Below, one piece after another: positions 32,992 through 43,620 of a stretch of DNA of 64,000 nt. The stretch lies in the NCBI RefSeq assembly GCF_009914755.1, contig NC_060931.1; one strand, 5' to 3'. The position numbers and the translations under genes are program-made. Source of the stretch: the human T2T-CHM13v2.0 reference genome, Homo sapiens. Below the pieces are notes generated by a model. It made no database searches. It had not been told where the DNA came from and saw only the letters and a program-made list of their open reading frames with translations. Position 1 is the first letter of the stretch; every line of letters starts with the position of its first letter.

Positions 32992-34483
32992 TGCTACAAC
33001 CTCAGTTTTCTGATGGGTCCAAGAAAAGTCATTGATTTTCATTTTGCTCAGATTTCTTGTTGCTGTGGGGCAGATATAACGACTTCCCAGGTCTTTACAT
33101 GTCTGAGCTGAAACTGGAGTCCTTATATCAGTGGTAAAAATAAATACTCTACTTAATGTTATTCCATTTTACATTCAATGCAATCAAGGAAATTAAATTC
33201 TTATACAAGGAGCCTGACCGTGTTCCCATTGGAAAGAGTTTTATCTAGTAATTTCACTCTAGGTAGGTGATTAAATCACATGGGGACAAAGTGAGTGGGC
33301 TTATGCTGCACAGTGAATTAGTAAAAGAGCTTCAGATGAGCTGGATTTACATGGACTATTCCTATAACTTACAGCTTGGACACTTTTAGGCCGAACAAAG
33401 ACTACAACTCATATTCCGCTTTCAAGTTGTTATATTTTCCACAAATCATTTACCATTTAAATAATCATCTGCATATAAAATTGTTTACTTTAGCCCTCTC
33501 AAAATAGATAATTTGAAGCTAAAATACGAATTGTCATCCTCTGTAATTTAGAGAGCATTTTATATGACAATTAAATGCTGAGCATGGTTAGATGCTTTTG
33601 AGAATACACTGTACCATCCTGGTGGCTTATGAGCTTTAGGGGAGAATGACGCATAAATATGAGAGAATATCAAGAACTAAGAGATTCATAGAAGTGCTAA
33701 GTGCAGGCCCATTATGGAACATATCAGCTTACAGGCCAGACACTGAAATAATGGGATTATGATAGGTAAGAGTGTCCAGTCCAGGCCAGGTTATTTTAGA
33801 GGAATCATGAGAAGAGCCCACTCTGTCCTGGAGCCTACATGGATGGAATTTTTCTGAAACATTTCAAATAAAAGTAAAATAAGCAATCTATCAATTGCCA
33901 TTAAGTAACAGAAAATTTCTTTATATTTTCCAAAAGTATATCATTAGAGCTGGAATTTAGTAGGTGACCTATAATACTGGTGTTTCTGGTCAGCTATCCT
34001 GGCCAACCCCCAGTCTGCTTTTCTAACATGTAACATTAGCAGAGACCATCATTTATCCGGATCTGTGAAGCCTCCCAGAAGAGCCTGCAAGGTGAACAGC
34101 AGCCAAAAATCAGTGCTGTGGAAAAATGTGAGCTTCTACCTCACATGCCTCCTTTCCTGTTTCCTGCAGTGTTCAGAGATGGCTACTCAAGGTCATGGTT
34201 ACCCTCACACACAGATTCTGAAGGCTACTCTTGGCTACAATTCAGGTAATGTCCAACAGGGCAAAGTGAGAGACTAGTTTCTTGTCAATAATGATAATCT
34301 TTTTTAATACCTAACACCAAAACAGCAATCAATACCATATTGGACTTACTCACTCGCTGGGAATGTTCAGCTAGCTAAAGAGGGGTCTGGAATGAAGATT
34401 CAGAACAGTTTCAGGAACATATTTATTGGAGTGGCATTCAAATTATAAAACATTGTAAGTATTTGGAGGAGAAAACTTCAAGT

Positions 34484-34491
34484 TGTGTGTG

Positions 34492-34524
<33 letters not shown>
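34484..34524. repeat. (GT)n microsatellite
   Basis: Direct observation. Confidence 0.95.
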
Positions 34525-35360
34525 ATTGGAATTGAGGGAATATTAGAAATTCCTAACTTAGTAATTAAGCTTCTTAAGTTATTTTCACTGAAAAAGGAAA
34601 TCTCAGCCTTATAATTTTCAGCAGATCTAACCCCTAATTTAAATTCTTTGTCTATTTTTCTTCATTTTTTTTTTGATGAATGGCAGCCAAATCAATAGCA
34701 CTCAAGCTAATCTCACTGGTTATGTTCTTAAAGGAAATATATACCCAGAATACTTGCCAGGCGTGGCCTAAACAGCTACTATATGCATATTATTTCCAGA
34801 TTCTTAATGTGTCCCTTGCCCAGAGAAAGGCCTACTTTAGCCTTGTTACAGCTTATATCAAGGCCCAGTCTCAGAAATATTTCTTCATCTCAGAAATACT
34901 TTCATGACTCTGATTCTATGAGGAAAGACATCATGCAACATTCAGCCATTGTCAATATCACTTTTTTCTCTTTTTCTTGAACTTACGCAATGATGTTCAT
35001 AAATATCCATTTTCAATGTATCTATTGATCCATGAATACATTTCTGAAAGGTCATAGAAACTTGAAACTAACTTCTAAGGCTTTAGAACTTTCTTCTTTG
35101 CAAAGAACCAAATCTTGTTTATTTTTCATTCACATTAGATATTATAACACAGTCACATGAAATAAAGCAAAATGAGATGAAAAACAGTGTGCTAGTTACT
35201 ATCATTCTATCATTTAATACTCAACATAACTCTAGCATGTAGGCTATGCTATTTATAATTTCAAAATGAGGAGACAATTTCAAGTAGATGTAGTACATTG
35301 AAGTCACATGGTAAAGAGCAGAGGATTTGGGATTTATATGAAGATCTGTTAGCCTTAGAG

Positions 35361-35573
35361 CAGGGTATTCAAATTTTGCCTTCCCTGGGCCACATTATAA
35401 GAAGAAGAATTGTCTTGGGCCAAATATAAAATATATTAATCATAGCTAATGAGCTTTAAAAAAATTGCAAAAAATGTCATAATGTTTTAAGAAATTTACG
35501 AATCTGTGTTGGGCCGCATTCAAAGCTGTCCTGGCCCACATGCGGCCCGCGGGTTGTAGGTTGGACAAGCTTG
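35361..35573 (+). mobile_element. MER30 (hAT-Charlie MITE)
   Basis: cagggt...ttccctgggccacatt...gttgggccgcattcaaagc...ggttggacaagcttg, with a perfect 8-bp TSD ccttagag at 35353-35360 and 35574-35581. Confidence 0.92.
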
Positions 35574-36779
35574 CCTTAGAGCCTACGTATGTGAAGTAAA
35601 TTATATTCCATTAAAATCTTAAAGGAGTTTATCATAACTACCAGGAAAAATATTTCTAAAGAATCATATTTTCATAGATAAAACACTTAGTGCCATAGCA
35701 AGACCTGCTCATGATGACTGGACACTTCAGAGGCAAAGGAAACAAGCCTTGGTTTAGCCTTGTGCCCTTTCAGAGTGAGCCTTTCCACCCTCTTCTGATG
35801 GAAAAACTTCCACTCAAGCTTAACATCTCACTAAAGCATTACCTTTCCCCTGAAGACAGACAGGTGGTGGCTCTTTCCTCCATGTCCTCAGGATTAGGAC
35901 TGCTTGTAGAATATTTCTGCACCCCCAACACCTAGCTCAGATACGAGAACACAAAAGAAATGTGATAAGTATGTGAAAGAAGAAAAAAGGTGAGATGCTG
36001 ATCACTGCAAGCCTTGACAACAGTAGCCATATGCCATGACATCCATTTGTCAACAATTTATTTTCCTATTATTTTCTTATTTAAATTCCCCCTGTGTTAA
36101 TGAGAAGCACTTCAGTTAAGTGCTTAATAAACAAGCAATTACTTAATAGACATTAATGGCCTGCTGTATTATTGCCTGTAACATAAAGGGATAGTGAGAG
36201 GTACAAATAAAACCCAACATTTATACATCATCTTAAGGTATTAGAGAGTATTTTATAATATAGGCATTACTTGTTAAGCAATTGCGCACTTTGCTAATTG
36301 ATTTGGGGTGATGGATGAAAGATTAGCATAAATAACCCGTTTTTGAAGTAAACTAACATTAGCAAGGAAGCCACATGGCACTGGATTTTGACTAATTTGA
36401 TCAAGAAACAGTCTTCCTTTGTTCATTTATATATAAGTTTGCTAATTTGCCCAAACTAAGCTCAAGTCTAGAAAACAGTACTTCATAGTTGCAAGTAAAC
36501 CTGAGCGGGGCCTTCTTATCGTAATTGTTTCATTTTGCTTCACAGCTGAGTGTCTTTTCTTCTACTCAGGTGACCAGTTAATCCTGACAGAAGCTCCCAG
36601 CCCTCTGTAATTCAGCCCTGTCATCCTTGTGACGTGGATTACCTTTCTGGCTACAAATTGAATCATGGTGCCTCATCACAGTGTTGTTCTCCAAGCCTGG
36701 AAGGTATCCTCTGAACAGACAGCATGCCAACCCATGTCACCCTTGCCTTCTTCCCCCCACCTCTCATTACGGTATTGCA

Positions 36780-36920
36780 CAGAGATTGGACTGGAAGTCA
36801 GACAGATGTGGGCTGAAGCCCTGGCTCCCCTAACTGTGGAATGGTGCTGTTTTCTCAGTCTCTCTGGTCCTCAACTTCTCTTTATAAAATCGGTGGACAG
36901 TGGGAGCATATAATAATCTC
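36780..36920 (+). mobile_element. MIR fragment
   Basis: ggactggaagtcagacaga...ccctggctcc...tctctggtcctcaacttctctttataaaat. Confidence 0.6.
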
Positions 36921-37420
36921 AAGTACTTAAAAAAGTTTTAACTTCTTCTAAGCTCCTAGTAATTGCTTTTATTTCTCTTACAACATTTTAATTTTTTATC
37001 AAAATAACACATGTATGGAATTCAAAATGGAAACAAAACTAAAAAAGCAAAAAGACTTTTTCCATTCCACTTTTCCCACTGCCAAGGACAGACTCTGATC
37101 AATCCTCAGAAAGTCTCAAATTAGACTGTAACTTGGATAGCAAACAATGAAGAAGCTTAAAAGAAAGAGAAAAGTAAAAATATAAGGTAAGTTGGTAATT
37201 TAAGAAATGCATATAGGAAGTAATTTATCTCAAAATATATTCCACCACTCAGAAGCAGATAATATACATTTTATCCTAGAAATGTAACATAGGATATTGC
37301 TCTAATCCAAAACTACCCTGGGAAAATGAAAGGAGGTGGTGAGTGTGTGTGTGTTCAACAATGGTATCCTCATTTTGCATAGCAGCAAGTCAACAGACAA
37401 TTCTTAAAACTGAAAAACAG

Positions 37421-37852
<432 letters not shown>

Positions 37853-38013
37853 TTACCTAGTTTTTCAAAGCTGTTTATCACATTACAGCAGCTGTGCCCA
37901 ACTGGTCTCCTCTTTTCTCTCAAAGTCTTTATGTTTTTGTGTCTTTGCTGAATTGTTTAATTCTTTGCTGACGCTTTCTAGTTTTTGTTTTGTTTTGTTT
38001 TTTTTGCTGTGTA

Positions 38014-38285
38014 CAGTCATTCCTCTGTATCCATGAGTGATTGATTGGTTCCAGGACCCCTCTTGAATATCAACATATGAGGATGCTCAAGATTCTGATA
38101 AAAAATAGTGTAGTATTTGCATATAACTTATGCACATCTTCCTGTATACTTTAAATCATCTCTAGGTTACTTAGAATACCTAATACAATGTAAATAGTTG
38201 TTATACTATACTGGTTTCTTATATGTATTATTTTTATCGTATTGCTGTTTATTATTTTTTAATATTTTTCATCTGTGGTTGGTTG
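38014..38285 (+). mobile_element. MER2 (TcMar-Tigger)
   Basis: ta|cagtcattcctctgtatccatg...ttggttccaggaccc...gtagtatttgcatataac...actttaaatcatctctag. Confidence 0.8.
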
Positions 38286-38429
38286 CTTGTTGGAGCATTT
38301 TCAATTCACCTGCTTTAAAATCTTTGTTAGATAATTTTAATATTTGGTTCACCTTAAAGTTGGTATATATGGATTATCTTTTTTTCATTCAGGTTGAGAT
38401 ATCCAAATTTCCTTTTTGTATGGGGACCC

Positions 38430-38553
38430 AAGTCATATAAGATGATGGGCCCAACCTACTCCAGTATTCTTATACAGTCACATTCTGAAGTTCTGAGGAT
38501 CAAGACTTCAACACAGAAATCTGAAAGGAGGAACACAATTCAATTCCTAACAG
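38430..38553 (-). mobile_element. MLT1 (B/C/D-like) LTR fragment
   Basis: cagtcacattctgaagttctgagg...gacttcaaca...acacaattcaattcctaaca. Confidence 0.6.
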
Positions 38554-38937
38554 CAGTATAAATGGATCCCCTCTTTAGTATGATTTTTAGACTTTATAGG
38601 AAACATTCTCATTATTTCTCAGTTATTTTTGGCATAATGAATGAAGTTTCTTCTGAATGTGGCAAGAAGTGTGAACCACTTGGCTGCTCAAGCACAAATG
38701 GGGATTTGCAGGGAGAAGCTGGTGCTGTGGTCTCCATTTTCCTAAGAATGGTGCCAAGAATAAAAAGCAATGAAGGGTTTGTGATAAAAGAGTAAATAGT
38801 GTAAAGATGTTCAAACACTTCTAAGTAATAAATCTGTATTAAAATGAATATTTGTATTTCCTTAATTTCATTAATAATGAAACAAATGAAGAAAATTACC
38901 CATATGTTGAGTTCATACAATTTTTTAAAAAACACAT

Positions 38938-39092
38938 ATTTTGTTTTATTTTATTTTAAAACTTACTTGTATTTATTTATTTTTAAAGACAAGGTCTCAC
39001 TATGTTGCCCAGGATGGTCTTGAATTCCTGGGCTGAAGTGATTCTTTTACCTCAGTCTCTCAGATGGCTGGGACTACAAACATGTGCCTGGC
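38938..39092 (-). mobile_element. FLAM / Alu monomer
   Basis: agacaaggtctcactatgttgcccagg.tggtcttgaattcctgggct, with a TTTA-type tail. Confidence 0.8.
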
Positions 39093-40731
39093 AAAGATAT
39101 ACAATGTTTTCTACCAATTCTTCTCTATCCCTTCTTCCTGATAGAATACAAGCTTGAAGGCTAGAAGTGCGATGGTCCTCAGCTCATATTAAATTGACAA
39201 ACATTCCTGAAGTAGTAGTCATAGGCTTAGCTCTTAGCTAAAACAAAAAACAAAAGCAGAAACAGCAGCACATGCGTATGTGTTATATTTATTAACTGTG
39301 CAGTTTTAAAAGGTAGAGTTTTCTAATTAGTTGAAAAATTTCTTACTATATCAACAATACAAATGTGTTTAGAATTCATATTATGTCATTGTTATCATAA
39401 TTGGACCTCAGGAATGTAAACAGAAATGTATTTGGGAGAGGTACATATCGCTGCTGACCCTGTTGGGCTATTACATTCTTTTAGACTAGAAAATGTACAG
39501 GTGACACTAAGCCAGTGGCAGAGAAATTGGAAGATTTGTCGAGTGCTGTGACCCTACTCAATTCTTCATAATTTTTCTAGCAGCTCTCACGTTATTTTTA
39601 AAATTTAAAGTCCAGTTTTCACTACCAGATAATTTTGATTGACACTGGAGTGACAATGTCTGTTTTCTCAATGACACCTACTAGTTCTTACTCATTACTT
39701 GTCACTGGCATGAAGGGCAAGCAACTTAGTTAAACTGTTCATAGGCCTTACAAAGCTTGTCTTTTATTTTTATATGGAGGGGAAAAACAATCCTGGAGTG
39801 AAAATATGCCTTAATTTAAAGACGAATTAAGTGTCATAAACGGCTCATAAGCACAAACCTCCTGAATTGTTCTGACGCAAGAGGAGCAAATAAAAGAACC
39901 ACATGAAATCCCCACCTTAATCATTTTATTTTATGACAAATATCTTGCTTGAATTCCTGCATTTTCTTATATGCCAAATAATTTCCAGCTTGAAAAATAA
40001 CTAGAAGCCATAAAAGCATTTACTGTTGTATTATTTAATAAGTCATTTTACAACTCTTGTATTTCCCAAATCCAATATCCCTAATTTTTTTGTATTTTAA
40101 GTTATTTAAACTTCACAGCCATACAAGCAGATGTATCAGGTAAGCATGTGAGATGGTATGTTGAATATATTACCATACAGTATTTCTTTATGCAGAATTA
40201 CACATGGCAAATTCTCAGGTGCAGTGACCAAACAATCAAATAAGATGCAAGTACTCTGGGAACCACCAAGTTTGGACAGAGGATTGTAAGCTACAAAGTT
40301 AGGAAATGTAGGAGAATATTTACTTTACATAGAGGGAACAGAATGAGTATAAGCGCCAAAGCAAGTATAGCTTCTGGGAACGAGCTTATAGCTGGAGCTC
40401 AAACGAAAGGGAAGGGAGAAAGCCAGGCTGCAGAGGTGACTCCATGACTGATGCCATAGTTTCTCTTTCCCCAGGAGCATAAACAAGCAGCTGTGAGGAG
40501 CTGGGGATAATAATCTCACCATAAAATTCAGAGGAGATTCGGGATTGGATATGTATTTAGGGAAGAGTAACTAAAATAGACAAAAAATGAGGACTAGAAT
40601 TTAGGATGGGGGAAAGACTTAAAAGAATAAGACTAAGGGAAGAATAAGAGGTTTTAGAAAGAGATAAAGAATGGAGGCGACCCATTGAACAACTGGGTCA
40701 CCTAAAACACATCCATCTAAGGCATCCATAA

Positions 40732-41141
40732 TGTTGATCTGAAATAAAAGTCTAAGGCAAAATTAGCATAAGTAAAGAATTTGTTTTGGCCAAATTTGAG
40801 GAGTGTAACCCGGGAAACACATATGCAAACTACGTCAGAGAAGTGCTTTCAGCTGGGGAGGTTACAAGCAGATTTTTAAGGACAAAACGAAGAGGTATAC
40901 CAAGGTGGTCTCAGCCTGTTCATCCAGAAATACCATTGGTCAACAGAAAGGAGCTAACAGATGATTGGCTAAAGGCTACAGCACTTCTTGGAATAGTCAT
41001 TATCAGTTTGTGATGAAACCAGCTCCTGGAATTCTTATAAGTAAAAAGGTACAGGAATTTCAGGGGAGTAACTGTGGCATCATGACAACCCTGTTTGGTC
41101 ATTGTAATTTAGTTATCCTCATTTGTTGGGTTTTGTTTTCA
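40732..41141 (-). mobile_element. ERV1 solo LTR (MER31/MER67-like)
   Basis: TG...CA termini with a 4-bp TSD ataa at 40728-40731 and 41142-41145. The segment aaggcaaaatta...ttggccaaatttgagga...aacccggga resembles MER31-type LTRs; the family assignment is uncertain. Confidence 0.7.
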
Positions 41142-43234
41142 ATAAGCATGACCAGTGAGAACCTCCCCTTTTGTTTGATCCAACCTTACAGAATAGCTTA
41201 CTTTTCCACACAGCCTTGACTCTGTAAAGTTTAGACGATCTTGGAGGCAATTAGTAGACTGCTCTTTAAACCTTCCTCTAGTTGTCTGTATATCCCACCT
41301 TATGCAGAAATGGTGGTCAAAATGGTAGCTAATTTGGGTGAGAAAATAAAACTTTCTCCATGCCCAACACCCTCCACACACATTGGAGTTCAACATTAAA
41401 GGTAGAAGGAGCAAAAGGGAATCAACAATGAAAAATAAATAACCTCTCTGAGAAAAGTAGAGCCCTTTACTTTCCTCCCACAGAGAAGCGGCCATGGACA
41501 TATCTTTTCAGATGTGTCAAAAGAGTCTGTTCCTGTGGTTACCTGAATAACAAAGACCTAGGCAGAAATCATTGAGTTGTAGATACAAACACTCTCAGAC
41601 TAGCCAGACAATTGCAGGAGGACTGGGGAAGGAAGAATAAGATAGTATCTCCGGAACTTAAGGAGAAGATCTCTTGAGAAGCAGATGCCAATAACTAGAG
41701 GGAAACCACCTCAGGCTGAAAGGTAGATAACAGTCTCCATCGTCTCTGGTGCCACGTGGTCAATCATTGTTGTTTCTCTCTAGGAGTCTGCTTTATTATT
41801 TTTTCTTAGAAGCATGGCCTTCTCAGCTTACCTTTCACTTATTTCAGATATGGCTACCCAGATTAAATTTTACATGAGCATTTCACTCGGGGACCCCAAA
41901 GAGAATAAGGAGGGGCTCTGGGACTCAAGTTTACCTCATAGAAGAAGGGATCTGAGTGGCCCAACCTGGATGAAGTGACTTTTCTAATCAGTTGTCTTTA
42001 GGATTTTTAAAATTATTATAAACAGGGGTCTAAGTGTTCATGGATAGTGTGGTGACTATACAAGCAAATTCCAAGAGCAAGACTGTCTCATATGAAAAGT
42101 CGCATTTCTTAGCAAGAACCAGGTCTCTAGCAAAGAGCAAACATTCAGTAAATTGTTTCTGAATCTATTAATAAATGATAAGAAAAGGCAAGGGAAATCA
42201 ACATCCTCACTGCATGCCTTCAGACGTGTGTTTCCTATCAGATACGGGTATTCCAACAGAAACTGGAGAAAAGAAAATACAATGCATTCACTGGACAGAA
42301 ATATTGTGGACGGGGGGCAAGCATTGGGACAGTGGTGAACAAAATTATTCTTGAGGTCCCCATTAATCAAAATATTTGTGGCATCCAGAAGCTTGAATCT
42401 TTAAGGACAAATATGAATCTTTACCCATCTTCTTTTACTCTTCTCTCCTTTCTCCTAAACTAACTCTAATATATACATTTACTTTTAAAATTTCATAAAG
42501 CCTATCTAATTGGGAATTTAGGTCTCACTCCTTGTGGACACCAGAAGGATATAAATGATTAGGGGAAATCCCACCAAACAGAAAGGGCAAGAAGATGTAT
42601 GAATGAGTAGTAAGCTCAAGAACAACCCATCAGTCCTCTTCTTTATTTTACCCCCAACCCAAAACTTAGGGATGAAGCTTCACGAAGCTCTCTTTGGTGA
42701 AGGAGAGAGGCCTGTTCCGTTGCCAAGGAGTGCAAAGCTGCACATTGGCTTTGGGATGACATTGGGTATAAAATTTATCACTTGTGATATCCCTGTGTGA
42801 TCTTCTACACACATTGTTTAGCTTCTCCAAGACTTTTCTTTGGAAAGCCCACATAGAACAGAAAAAAGAAATGCCATCTTTTAAACTATCTATTTAACTA
42901 TCTTGTGGCCCCATGTTTCCAAGGTTGGGGTATTGGGAGAGTTGGTGAAAGAGCAATATGTCAACATTAACTTGTCTCCAAGCAGGCATGACTTTCAATA
43001 TCAAATGGTCACAACCTCCAACTTCTAATGGATCCTAAATGAGTGCTTCAAAAATACTGTCATTTGGTAATAAAGTCATACTCGAAGTAACACTTATTTG
43101 GCTGAATTTCCAGAGACTGGAGAGAAGGTTAAGATCCAGGTGGTTGCTATGACAAGAGCATGATGACTTATTCATCCAACACTTTGTTGATGTCAGTATG
43201 ATATAGACCTTCGGCTCATGGTTTAAAAAAGCAA

Positions 43235-43620
43235 AGGGAGGGCGGTTGCGGGAGGGAGCGGGGCAGGCGTTGTGGGCCAGGCCCCTCCTCTGGCTCCTGC
43301 AGCACCGCCTCTTTTCGGGCTCCGCCGGCTCCCGCCGTCCCTGCAATGCCGCTCTGTGCCCGCCGTCCTGAGAGCCCGCGCGGCACTGGCGCCAGCCTTG
43401 GCGGCGCGCGCGGGGCCGTGGTCGTTGCTCCCTGACTGGCCGCGGCCGCCTCCAGGAAGCGGAAAAGCAAGGGGCGGTCGAGCTGGCCGCCGCGCCCCAC
43501 TGCTCGCCGCGCTGCTCTTTGACCTCGCCGGGTGTGAAGAAGATGCGCAGCTCCACGCTGCAGGACCCGCGCCGCCGGGACCCCCAGGACGACGTTTACG
43601 TGGACATCACCGATCGCCTT
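43235..43620 (+). promoter_or_regulatory. CpG-rich island (retrocopied CDC14B 5' leader) with GC boxes; candidate promoter of CDC14C
   Basis: Abrupt switch from AT-rich flank to GC/CpG-rich sequence at ~43235; gggagggcggttgcgggagggagcggggc. It is the only CpG island in the window. Confidence 0.65.
43346..43435 (+). other. Upstream ORF, 29 aa ([29 protein letters not shown]), in the CDC14C leader
   Basis: ATG 43346-43348 to TGA 43433-43435, read directly; whether it is translated is unknown. Confidence 0.45.

Noticed and set aside
38562-38935. Cluster of short ORFs in non-repetitive-looking sequence as a possible exon or transposase relic
   Set aside because: I could not recognise any protein family or consistent splice signals; a database search would be needed.
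43519-43542. ORF-track start at TTG giving a 455-aa protein
   Set aside because: TTG is an artefact of allowing alternative starts; the first in-frame ATG is 43543 (447 aa) with A at -3.
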